Source: Candidatus Omnitrophota bacterium
GTDB taxonomy: Bacteria; Omnitrophota; Gorgyraeia; Gygaellales; Gygaellaceae
Length of the DNA stretch: 64,000 nucleotides
Reading direction: 5' to 3'
NCBI GenBank assembly: GCA_018400015.1
Contig: JAGYNB010000003.1
Span: 5,022 to 69,021, forward strand
The notes below the pieces were generated by a model. That model saw nothing but the letters and a program-made list of their open reading frames with translations. It was not told where the DNA came from and did no database searches. A program made the position numbers and the translations under genes. Each line of letters begins with the position of its first letter. Position 1 is the first letter of the stretch. This document shows, piece after piece, positions 53,606-62,698 of this stretch.

Positions 53606-54619
53606 TTAAGATTTAAGTTTAGTTTTAATTTCCTTTTCAATATTAGCAACAACCTTAGGATTTTCTTTCAAAAAGTTTCTCGACTGCTCTTTTCCTTGAG
53701 CAAGCTTATCTTCGTTAAACAATATCCAAGAACCGGATCTTTTTAGTATCTCAAGCTTTATACCGAAATCAATCAAATTGCCTAGTTTTGATATTCCTTC
53801 TTCATGTAAAATATCAAACTCTGTTTCACGAAACGGAGGAGCAACTTTATTTTTTACTATCTTTGCCCTAACTCGCGAACCGATTATCTGATCGCCTGAT
53901 TTGATAGCGCCGATTCTTCTTACATCTATTCTTACCGATGAATAAAATTTTAACGCCCTTCCGCCTGTGGTTGTTTCGGGATTGCCAAACATTATCCCGA
54001 TCTTCTCCCTAATCTGATTAATAAACACGACGCAGGTCTTTGATTTACTGATTGCGCCTGTAAGTTTTCGCAATGCCTGGCTCATTAAACGCGCATGCAA
54101 ACCAACATGAGAATCACCCATATCACCTTCTATTTCCGCACGTGGTGTTAATGCAGCCACAGAATCTATAACCACCAAATCAACGGCATTAGACCTAACT
54201 AAAGTCTCGGTAATCTCCAGGGCTTGCTCTCCTGTATCAGGCTGGGAAATCAATAAATCGTCCAGATTCACGCCGACTTTTTTTGCATAGGTTGAATCAA
54301 ACGCATGTTCTGCGTCGATAAAAGCAGCAACGCCACCTTTCTTCTGTAATTCTGAAATTACACTAAAGGTAAGTGTTGTCTTGCCCGATGCCTCAGGACC
54401 ATAAACTTCAATTACTCTGCCTCTTGGAAATCCCCCCACGCCTAAAGCCATATCCAAACCCATAATCCCGGTAGGAATGGCCTCAACATCAAGCCTGATA
54501 TTCTGATCAAGCTTCATGATTGAACCCTTACCAAACTGTTTCTCAATCTGGGAAAGAGCCAACTCTAAAGCCTTTTCTTTATTGGTTATTTCTGTTTTCG
54601 AAGTCTTGTTTTGCACCAT
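53606..54619 (-). CDS. recA: recombinase RecA
   Basis: [32 protein letters not shown]; AGGAGG SD. Confidence 0.99.
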   Translation of the reverse strand: MVQNKTSKTEITNKEKALELALSQIEKQFGKGSIMKLDQNIRLDVEAIPTGIMGLDMALGVGGFPRGRVIEVYGPEASGKTTLTFSVISELQKKGGVAAFIDAEHAFDSTYAKKVGVNLDDLLISQPDTGEQALEITETLVRSNAVDLVVIDSVAALTPRAEIEGDMGDSHVGLHARLMSQALRKLTGAISKSKTCVVFINQIREKIGIMFGNPETTTGGRALKFYSSVRIDVRRIGAIKSGDQIIGSRVRAKIVKNKVAPPFRETEFDILHEEGISKLGNLIDFGIKLEILKRSGSWILFNEDKLAQGKEQSRNFLKENPKVVANIEKEIKTKLKS

Positions 54620-54647
54620 TTTAACCTCCTATTATTTAAGGATTTAC

Positions 54648-54676
54648 ATTATATAACACTACCCTGATTATGTCAA
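54648..54676 (-). promoter_or_regulatory. sigma70 promoter of recA-degP-recX-alaS-his
   Basis: Exact TTGACA-17 nt-TATAAT. Confidence 0.85.
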
Positions 54677-54696
54677 TAACCTGCAAGCGTTCTGCC

Positions 54697-54725
54697 TTGA
54701 CAAAGAAATGTTTCTATGTTAGTCT
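54697..54725 (+). promoter_or_regulatory. sigma70 promoter of the diguanylate cyclase gene
   Basis: TTGACA-17 nt-TAGTCT with an extended -10 TGn. Confidence 0.6.
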
Positions 54726-54735
54726 TGAAATCAAC

Positions 54736-55926
54736 ATGAAAAACTTTGAATCTGAAGAAAATACCCAGGAATTCCAACAGCTGGAAAGCAAACTTATAAG
54801 AGCCCAGACAGAACTAAACCTCTTATATGAAATCTCCAACGCCATGCGTACAACGCTTAAGCTGGAACAAATATTATATATAATTCTAACTGCTACAACT
54901 GCCCATGCCGGGTTAGGTTTTAACCGGGCCATGCTTTTCTTGGTTAACGAAAAAGAAGGCCTCATTGAAGGCAAAATGGGCATAGGCCCTGACACCGGAG
55001 AACAAGCAAATGATATATGGAAAAACATAGACACCAAAAGAATGGACCTTTATGATTTAATTAATGTATTTAACGAACAGCACTCGATATTTTATTCAAA
55101 ATTCAACAATCTGGTAAAAAACCTCAGGCTGCCGATCAAAGAAGAAAGCGGTCTTCTGGCAATAACCCTACTTGAGGGGATGCCCCTTCATATCAATAAA
55201 GAAAAAACAAAAACTATAGAAGATAATCTTCTCTTAAATGTATTAAAACTTGAAGAATTCGTGATTGTTCCATTAAAAGCCCACGATAAAGTAATCGGCC
55301 TTATATTGGCGGATAATGTATACAATAAAAAACCGATCACGAATGACGACTTAAGGATACTGAGTATGTTTGCCAATCAGGCAGGCCTGGCAATTGAAAA
55401 CTCACGTCTTTATGAAAAAACCCTTATCCAAAGCCATAAAGACTCCCTTACTAATCTCTGGAACCATGCCTATTTCCAGTTTTTACTAAAAAATGAGCTT
55501 AAAAACGCACAGGTAGATAAAAATAATCTTTCAATTATCATGCTCGATATTGATAATTTTAAAGAGCATAATGATAAACACGGTCATCAAAGCGGTGATC
55601 AGATTCTTTATAATGTCGCAAAAATAATCAAAGATTCTGCACGCAGAAAAGATCATGCCTGCAGATACGGCGGCGAGGAATTCGCAGTAATTCTACCAAA
55701 CACAAAACTAAATGAAGCAAATAATATTGCTGAAAGAATACGTAAGAATATTGCCAGCAATTTATTCGATAACCAGATTACCGGTGAAATTGATAAAATT
55801 ACTGTTAGTCTGGGGGTTGCAACCTATCCTGAAGATGCGGATTCGCCATCAAAACTGATCTCAATCTGCGATAAAAAGATGTATAAAGCCAAAACTGCTG
55901 GAAAAAATAAAGTCGTCTTCAACTAA
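54736..55926 (+). CDS. GAF-GGDEF diguanylate cyclase
   Basis: Coiled coil, GAF domain, DSLTNLWN, DIDNFK, RxxD I-site and RYGGEEF. Start set to MKNFE, downstream of the predicted promoter. Confidence 0.92.
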   Translation: MKNFESEENTQEFQQLESKLIRAQTELNLLYEISNAMRTTLKLEQILYIILTATTAHAGLGFNRAMLFLVNEKEGLIEGKMGIGPDTGEQANDIWKNIDTKRMDLYDLINVFNEQHSIFYSKFNNLVKNLRLPIKEESGLLAITLLEGMPLHINKEKTKTIEDNLLLNVLKLEEFVIVPLKAHDKVIGLILADNVYNKKPITNDDLRILSMFANQAGLAIENSRLYEKTLIQSHKDSLTNLWNHAYFQFLLKNELKNAQVDKNNLSIIMLDIDNFKEHNDKHGHQSGDQILYNVAKIIKDSARRKDHACRYGGEEFAVILPNTKLNEANNIAERIRKNIASNLFDNQITGEIDKITVSLGVATYPEDADSPSKLISICDKKMYKAKTAGKNKVVFN

Positions 55927-55929
55927 AAC

Positions 55930-58900
55930 CTATACTGCTGCAACCACTCCGGAAGACACTTCGCTATCGTGTTCGGAAAGTTTAACAGATACTATTTTAG
56001 ATATCCCAGAATTCTGCATGGTAATCCCATACATTACATTGGCATTAACTATAGTCTTTTTATTGTGTGTTATGATTATAAATTGTGAACCATTGGAAAA
56101 ATCCTTCACCATCTGACCATAACGGCCTACATTCGACTCATCCAAGGCAGCATCAATCTCATCAAGAATACAAAATGGCGACGGCTTAACCTTAAATAAA
56201 CTAAACAATAACGCAATCGCCGACATAGATTTCTCCCCACCGGATAAAAGCAATACGTTTTGAAGTTTTTTACCCGGAGGCCGACAAACTATCTCAATAC
56301 CGCTTTCCAAAACATTTTCCGGGTCACTCAAATAAAGATCCGCTGTCCCTCCGCCAAACAACAACTTAAAATGTTTTTTAAACTCTTCACGGATTTTTTC
56401 AAAAGTCTCCACAAACATTTTTCTTGTGGTTCTATTGATCTTAGTTATCGCGTCTTTTAAACTTTCTTTTGACTGAGTAAGATCCTGTTGTTGTTGAATT
56501 AAAAAATCATACCTTTTCTTTAATTCATCATATTCATCAATCGCAACCAAATTCACATTACCGTAATTAGCCAGCCGATTTTTGATCGGTTCGATTTCCC
56601 CCAGAAGAACTGATTGATCGGGAAGTTCCCTGTTTATATCGATTTCATCAATATTAATCTGATATGCTTGCTGTATCGTATGCCTTAACGAGTCTTTTTC
56701 ATAATTTAGTTTTTGTTCTTCCAGTCTAAACCCATGAAGACTATTGCGTAACTCTTCAATTTCGTTTTGAAAAACAGCAATCTCCTCAAAACATTTTTTT
56801 ACACCCTGATCAACTTCTTCCTGAGCTTTACGATAATCATTTAAACTTACATTCAACGATTCTTTATCTTTATCAGCATTATTGATAGTTTCATCTATTT
56901 TTAGATTAGAGCTATTAATAATGTTTATTCTTTCTTTTAAAGAATCTTCTTCTTCATTTAAATTAGCTAAGGCCTGCTCGTTCTGAGCGAGAGATCTCTC
57001 CACGATAACAATACTTTCTTTTAAAGACTCGACTCTTTTATCAACGCCTTGAAGCTCGGTCTTACATTCGGCTATCAAAACCTCATTTTCCTGCAATATC
57101 TTAGTGTTGTCCTCGATCTGACGCTGTGATGACTCTATAATATGGTTATTATCATCAATCTGCATCTGAATGGACGATAGTTCCTCTTTAAGGCTGTTTA
57201 ATTTCTGGCTTAACTCTTCATTTAATTTATTGGTGTCATCAAGCTCGATACTGACAAGCTCTTCTTCCTGAACTAATTTCTCTAAATTCGATTTTACTTC
57301 GCTTCTTAAGGTGCTCTTCTTATTAAGCTCTATCTCATGGTTGTGCATAAGATCTGTTTTTTCCTGCATTTGCATATTCAATGCACTAAGCTCTTCTTCA
57401 AGAACAGATATTTCAGAGGCCGTACGGGCTATTTCTTCCTCAGTAAAAACAATTTTCGCATCGATATCTTTAGTATCCATTGGTATTGGTTTAGCCTGAG
57501 CGGTAGCTTTAAATTTAAACCCGTTCAATGAATCTGGATTCTCGCTAATATTTTCGATCTTCGCAAGAATTCCGTTAATATTCTCTGCAGGCTTATCTTC
57601 CAACAGAACAACCGCTTTAAATGCCTGGGGAATCTCATCATATTTAAGCCTGAGTTCATTTAAAAAATCTCTTTGCGTCCTCAAACCAGAAAGATGTTTT
57701 TCTAGATTCTGAAGTTTTTCTTTTATCGTATTTAATTTACTTGATTTTTCGCTAATTTTATTTTTTGTTTCATTGATCTCGTTAGAAGTTAGATCGAATT
57801 TCTCTTTTATAGAATTAAAATCCCTATCCAGATCATCAAACTGAGCCTGAATAAGCTTTCTTTCTTCTTCACTCTTGAATTTTTCGACTTCAAGTCTTTT
57901 CTTTCTCGCTAAGGCTGTCTGAATCTGGCTGGTCAAATCGTTAAGGGAATTATTTATATTAGCGTTTGAAACTGCCAGTTCCATAACTCTTGATTTTGAC
58001 TGACTTATCTTAGTTCTCGCAGAATGTATTATTTTTTCAATATTAATCTGTTCTTCTTCTTTTGTCTTTACTGTGCTGTGCTTTTCTTCTACAAATGTAT
58101 TTATCTGCCCAAGATCATATTTCAGAGAGCTTAACTTTTCCTCCTCGGGAATTCTACTTTCTTTTAACTGTTGCTTCTGGACAGCTATTACATTTATTCT
58201 TTTCTCGATTTCAAGCTTTCTTTCATCATTCATCGCAATCTGCTGACGATTAACGGTAATTGAACCTTCCAGTTCTTGCAATTTATTTCTTACATCATTT
58301 ATCGAATCTTCGACAGAGGCCAATTCCTGCTGCTTTTGAGAAAGGTTATTTTTTAATAAGTTCTCCTGCGAATCTACATTGTCGATCTTCTCCTGAATTT
58401 GGCTAATCTTCGCTTCCAGATCGTTATTTTCTTTTTGAAAACTGTTCAATTTAATTGCAGCAAAATCTATTTCTTTTGTTTTCAACTCATTAAACATTTC
58501 CTGATAGCGTCTGGCCTTGTTTGCCTGGCGCTCAAGTGAGCCGATTTGACGCTTTACCTCTATGATAATATCATTAAGTCGCAAAAGATTATCTTCGGTG
58601 TCTTTAAGTTTTCTGATTGCTTCTTTTTTCTGGGACTTATAACGGGTTATACCAGAGGCTTCATCGAAAACCAAACGCCTGTCTTCAGGCTTACTGCTTA
58701 GGATTAAATCTATTTTGCCCTGCTCAACCAAAGAATAAGCCTCAGCTCCGATTCCTGTTCCAGCCAAAAGAGACTGTATATCTTTAAGCCTAACCTGGGT
58801 CTTATTAATAAAATATTCACTTTCTCCTGAACGGTAAATGCGCCTTGTAACTTCCACCTCTTCGTATTCTATAGGCAGTATTTTTGTTTCATTAGAGAGC

Positions 58901-59148
58901 GTAAAGGAGACTTCGGCATAATTTAACGCCTCGCGCTTATCAGTACCGTTGAAGATAACATCGCTCATCTCAGTACCTCTTAAGGCCTTGACTGATTGTT
59001 CACCCAAAACCCAGCGTATAGAGTCAAAGATATTACTCTTACCGCAACCATTGGGTCCAACAATTGCAGTTATGCCTGGCTCAAAATTTAAAACTGTTCT
59101 ATCTGCAAAAGACTTAAACCCAATTATTTCAAGCCGTTTAAAATGCAT
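55930..59148 (-). CDS. smc: chromosome segregation protein SMC with a non-canonical apex
   Basis: GFKSF, GPNGCGKSN, long coiled coils, GNVNL, PPGKK, LSGGEKS, LDEIDAALD, ITH. Confidence 0.92.
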   Translation of the reverse strand: MHFKRLEIIGFKSFADRTVLNFEPGITAIVGPNGCGKSNIFDSIRWVLGEQSVKALRGTEMSDVIFNGTDKREALNYAEVSFTLSNETKILPIEYEEVEVTRRIYRSGESEYFINKTQVRLKDIQSLLAGTGIGAEAYSLVEQGKIDLILSSKPEDRRLVFDEASGITRYKSQKKEAIRKLKDTEDNLLRLNDIIIEVKRQIGSLERQANKARRYQEMFNELKTKEIDFAAIKLNSFQKENNDLEAKISQIQEKIDNVDSQENLLKNNLSQKQQELASVEDSINDVRNKLQELEGSITVNRQQIAMNDERKLEIEKRINVIAVQKQQLKESRIPEEEKLSSLKYDLGQINTFVEEKHSTVKTKEEEQINIEKIIHSARTKISQSKSRVMELAVSNANINNSLNDLTSQIQTALARKKRLEVEKFKSEEERKLIQAQFDDLDRDFNSIKEKFDLTSNEINETKNKISEKSSKLNTIKEKLQNLEKHLSGLRTQRDFLNELRLKYDEIPQAFKAVVLLEDKPAENINGILAKIENISENPDSLNGFKFKATAQAKPIPMDTKDIDAKIVFTEEEIARTASEISVLEEELSALNMQMQEKTDLMHNHEIELNKKSTLRSEVKSNLEKLVQEEELVSIELDDTNKLNEELSQKLNSLKEELSSIQMQIDDNNHIIESSQRQIEDNTKILQENEVLIAECKTELQGVDKRVESLKESIVIVERSLAQNEQALANLNEEEDSLKERINIINSSNLKIDETINNADKDKESLNVSLNDYRKAQEEVDQGVKKCFEEIAVFQNEIEELRNSLHGFRLEEQKLNYEKDSLRHTIQQAYQINIDEIDINRELPDQSVLLGEIEPIKNRLANYGNVNLVAIDEYDELKKRYDFLIQQQQDLTQSKESLKDAITKINRTTRKMFVETFEKIREEFKKHFKLLFGGGTADLYLSDPENVLESGIEIVCRPPGKKLQNVLLLSGGEKSMSAIALLFSLFKVKPSPFCILDEIDAALDESNVGRYGQMVKDFSNGSQFIIITHNKKTIVNANVMYGITMQNSGISKIVSVKLSEHDSEVSSGVVAAV

Positions 59149-59174
59149 AGGAATTCTCCTTTCGATAAATCATA

Positions 59175-59366
59175 TCAACATAATTTAAAAGCTTCTTTTC
59201 TATCAATCCATTCATCTATTTTATCTTTTCTGAAACGCCATTGTCCGACAATCTTTAAAGCAGGAATTTTCTTCTTATAAAGCCAGTCGTATATAGTCCT
59301 TGGTTTTACGCGAAGATATTCTGCCAACTCATCAATTGTAAGTAGATTTTCTGTTTCCTGTTGCAT
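59175..59366 (-). CDS. Xis/BldC-like (HTH_17) small DNA-binding protein, 63 aa
   Basis: LLTIDELAEYLRVKPRTIYDW...KIPALKIVGQWRF. Confidence 0.88.
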   Translation of the reverse strand: MQQETENLLTIDELAEYLRVKPRTIYDWLYKKKIPALKIVGQWRFRKDKIDEWIDRKEAFKLC

Positions 59367-59372
59367 GAATTT

Positions 59373-59401
59373 ATTATAAATGTACAAACTTACTTTGTCA
59401 A
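59373..59401 (-). promoter_or_regulatory. sigma70 promoter for the HTH-smc unit (leaderless)
   Basis: Exact TTGACA-17 nt-TATAAT; ATG begins after a 6-nt gap from the -10 element. Confidence 0.85.
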
Positions 59402-59498
59402 TAGTTTTTTTACATTTTCTTACATAGTATACCCAAAACAAGCAAAAAATGACCTTTAATGGCATTTTATACCATAAAAATATACGTTTTGATTGGAT

Positions 59499-60701
59499 TT
59501 ATCGGTTTAAGACCTGTTTAAACTCTTTGGTAAGTGCGGGAACTACCTGGAACAAATCACCAACTATGCCATAGGTAGCCAACTTAAAAATAGGCGCTTC
59601 CGGATCTTTATTGATTGCGATAATGATCTTTGATGACTGCATACCTACTAAATGCTGGATCTGGCCTGATATACCGCAGGCAATGTATATTTTTGACGCC
59701 ACGGTCCTTCCGGTTTGGCCCACCTGATGGGAATAAGGAATCCATCCGGAGTCTACTGCTGCTCGGGATGCTCCTACAGCAGCACCCAAAACATGCGCTA
59801 AATCTTCTATGATCTTAAAATTCTCCGCTGCCTGCATACCTCGGCCGCCGGAAACTATAATATCTGCTTCAGCTAAATTAACGGTTGATTCTATCTCATC
59901 AATTATATCCAACAATTTTGTTCTTGATTTATAGATACTGGAATCAAAACTTTCTTTTATGATTTTACCTTTTCTTTTCTTATCCGGCTCCATAGGAACC
60001 ATAACTTTATGCCTTACTGTTGCCATCTGCGGCCGATAATTAGGTGAGATAATCGTAGCCATGATATTCCCGCCAAACGCAGGACGCGTCTGAAGAAGGA
60101 TCTTTTTCTCCATATCAATATCTAAACCAGTGCAATCTGCAGTTAAACCTGCTTTAATCTTTATTGCCACGCGGCTTATTAAAGACCTTCCGATCGAAGT
60201 TGCGCCGCAAAGGACAATTTCCGGCTTATATTTATTAATCAAATCAACAAGTATATTTGTATATGGTTCATCCTGAAATTCGGCGATTTCTGGAGCTTCC
60301 ACCAGATATATATTATCCGCTCCTCTTGCAATCAATTCATCCAACTGATCGTCTAAATTATTACCGATTAAAACCGCACTTACGTCGGATTTAAGTTTTT
60401 TGCTCAGTTCTTGGGCCTTGCCTAAGAGCTCATAACTAACAGACTGTACTTTTCCTTTTTTCTGCTCGATAAAAACCCAAATACCTTTATAATCTTTTAT
60501 GTCGGGAAGTTCACAAACAGGCGCTTTCTTGTCAATTTCGATTGCCTGGAATTTACACGCCTCAACACAAGCCCCGCAAAGAGTGCATTTATGTAAATCA
60601 ATAACTGCCTTTTTATCCTTTATCACAATTGCACCAAACGGACACGCTTTAACACAAAGCGTACAACCTGTGCATTTTTCTATTATTACCTTTATCGACA
60701 T
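59499..60701 (-). CDS. etfA: electron transfer flavoprotein alpha subunit with an N-terminal 2x[4Fe-4S] domain
   Basis: CTGCTLCVKACP, CTLCGACVEAC, GLTADCT, QVGQTG, GISGQIQH. Confidence 0.95.
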   Translation of the reverse strand: MSIKVIIEKCTGCTLCVKACPFGAIVIKDKKAVIDLHKCTLCGACVEACKFQAIEIDKKAPVCELPDIKDYKGIWVFIEQKKGKVQSVSYELLGKAQELSKKLKSDVSAVLIGNNLDDQLDELIARGADNIYLVEAPEIAEFQDEPYTNILVDLINKYKPEIVLCGATSIGRSLISRVAIKIKAGLTADCTGLDIDMEKKILLQTRPAFGGNIMATIISPNYRPQMATVRHKVMVPMEPDKKRKGKIIKESFDSSIYKSRTKLLDIIDEIESTVNLAEADIIVSGGRGMQAAENFKIIEDLAHVLGAAVGASRAAVDSGWIPYSHQVGQTGRTVASKIYIACGISGQIQHLVGMQSSKIIIAINKDPEAPIFKLATYGIVGDLFQVVPALTKEFKQVLNR

Positions 60702-61483
60702 CAAGTTACCTCATTTTTGATAAGTTCAACTAATTTCTTGCTGACTTCTGGGACTTCACCTTGTAAAATCTCACCACCCTTACGCTGAGCAGGAGTAAAT
60801 ATCTTTACAACCTGTGTTGGAGAGCCGCATAAACCAATTGACTGCTCATCCAAATTTAGCTCTTTCTGTGTTAAAATTTTTATTGATGCGGATTTTGATT
60901 TCATCATACCTCTTAAAGATGGAAGGCGTGGTTCGTTAATTTCTTTTACAACGGTCAATAAACAAGGTGTTGGCGTCTCGATTATCTCAAACCCTTCTTC
61001 CATCATCCGTTCAACTTTCATTATATTGTCTTTAACTTCTTCTATTTTCTTAACATAAGTTACCTGAGGAATATCTAAATGCGTAGCAATGCCGGGTCCG
61101 ACTTGTGCGGTATCACCATCACTTGCCTGCTTACCGCAGAGAATAACATCAAACTCACCCAATTTTTTTATTCCGCCAGAAAGGGTATAACTTGTAGCCC
61201 AGGTATCGCTTCCGGCAAAAGCCCTGTCACATAATAACACAGCCTCATCAGCCCCTAAAGAAATCGCTTCTCGTAAAGCTATATCTGCTTGAGGCGGGCC
61301 CATGGTAATAACCGTAACTTTACCGCCGTGTTTTTCTTTTAAGCGGATTGCTTCTTCGATTGCATACATATCAAAAGGGTTGATTATTGATTTTACACCC
61401 TCTCGAATAAGCGTATTGGTTTCAGGATTAATCCTGACTTCTGTTGTTTCCGGAACTTGTTTTATGCAAACTATAATATTCAT
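60701..61483 (-). CDS. etfB: electron transfer flavoprotein beta subunit
   Basis: CIKQVP, NPFD, FAGSDTWATS, GKQASDGDTAQVGP. Confidence 0.96.
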   Translation of the reverse strand: MNIIVCIKQVPETTEVRINPETNTLIREGVKSIINPFDMYAIEEAIRLKEKHGGKVTVITMGPPQADIALREAISLGADEAVLLCDRAFAGSDTWATSYTLSGGIKKLGEFDVILCGKQASDGDTAQVGPGIATHLDIPQVTYVKKIEEVKDNIMKVERMMEEGFEIIETPTPCLLTVVKEINEPRLPSLRGMMKSKSASIKILTQKELNLDEQSIGLCGSPTQVVKIFTPAQRKGGEILQGEVPEVSKKLVELIKNEVT

Positions 61484-61484
61484 A

Positions 61485-62639
61485 TTACGACTTTAAAGTT
61501 TCTTTTATGGTTTCTAAAGCGATGATATTTCTTTGAATCTGATTTGTACCTTCGTAAATCTGGGTTATTTTGGCATCTCTAACATATTTTTCGATTGGAT
61601 AATCCCGCATATAACCATAACCGCCGTAGATCTGCAAAGCATCAATTGAAACCTTCATCGCTACGTCAGACGCATACATCTTTGCCATAGCCGAAGGCTT
61701 GGATACGCCTTTGCATCCGGCATCTACCATGCGGGCAGTTGAATAAATCAACCCTCTTGCTGCCTCAACTTCAGTTGCCATATCGGCAATCATCCATTGA
61801 ATGCCCTGAAAGCTGGATATGGATTTATTGAATTGATGGCGCTCTTTTGCATACCTTACGCATAAATCCAGCGCACCTTGGGCAATACCCAAAGCCTGAG
61901 CGGCAACTCCGGGCCTAGACATATCAAAAGTTTTCATTGTAACGATAAAACCCGTGCCTTCTTTATAAAGAAGATTCTCTTTTGGGATCTTACAATCTGT
62001 AAAAATCAACTCTCTTGTACTTGAAGCTCTGATCCCGAATTTTTCTTCCTTTTTACCAAAGGTAAATCCGGGCGTACCTTTTTCTACGATAAAAGCAGAT
62101 GCACCTCTTGCACCTTTTTTCTTATCGGTCATAGCGATCACAACATAAGTTTCGGCATCACCACCATTGGTAATAAAATGCTTCAGACCGTTTAAAACAT
62201 AATAATCGCCTTCTTTTCTTGCTGTGGTCTTGATTGCCGAGGCGTCTGAACCGGCTTCGGGTTCGGTCACGGCAAAAGCTGCTACTTTTTTACCAGATGC
62301 CAAGTCAGGCAAATATTTCTTTTTCTGTTCGTCGTTTCCAAATAAAACAATGGGGAATGTCCCTAAAGCCGAAGCTGCGTAGCAAACAGCAATACCACCG
62401 CAGGCCTTGGAAAGTTCTTCTGTTGCAATGCAAAGACCTAAGACGTTTACACCCATACCGCCATATTCTTCCGGAATAAATAAACCAAACAATCCTGCGT
62501 CTGCGATAACCTTAATCACATCCCAAGGGTATTCTTCGCTTTGATCATGCTTTGCGGCAACAGGCCTGATTTTTTCATCGGCGATCTTTCTAGCTAATTC
62601 CTTAACCATTTTCTGTTCATCGGTCAACAAATAATCCAT
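61485..62639 (-). CDS. acyl-CoA dehydrogenase (Bcd/CarC-like)
   Basis: FAVTEPEAGSD, HFITNG, YGGYGY, QIYEGTNQIQR. Confidence 0.93.
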   Translation of the reverse strand: MDYLLTDEQKMVKELARKIADEKIRPVAAKHDQSEEYPWDVIKVIADAGLFGLFIPEEYGGMGVNVLGLCIATEELSKACGGIAVCYAASALGTFPIVLFGNDEQKKKYLPDLASGKKVAAFAVTEPEAGSDASAIKTTARKEGDYYVLNGLKHFITNGGDAETYVVIAMTDKKKGARGASAFIVEKGTPGFTFGKKEEKFGIRASSTRELIFTDCKIPKENLLYKEGTGFIVTMKTFDMSRPGVAAQALGIAQGALDLCVRYAKERHQFNKSISSFQGIQWMIADMATEVEAARGLIYSTARMVDAGCKGVSKPSAMAKMYASDVAMKVSIDALQIYGGYGYMRDYPIEKYVRDAKITQIYEGTNQIQRNIIALETIKETLKS

Positions 62640-62669
62640 AACTTGCTCCTTTATTGTTTTGAAGAAAGT

Positions 62670-62698
62670 ATTTTACAATATTTAAGACTATCTTGCAA
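62670..62698 (-). promoter_or_regulatory. putative sigma70 promoter of acyl-CoA DH-etfBA
   Basis: TTGCAA-17 nt-TAAAAT, then AAGGAG SD. Confidence 0.55.

Noticed and set aside
54620-54700. LexA/SOS box at recA
   Set aside because: No CTGT-N8-ACAG, GAAC-N4-GTTC or TGTTC-N4-GAACA site; only the AT-only palindrome TTATATAA at the -10.
59175-59465. Prophage or ICE implied by the excisionase-like gene, and its 96-aa long version
   Set aside because: No integrase, att-like repeat or phage genes are present. The longer start lies upstream of the consensus promoter, so the 63-aa form is preferred.
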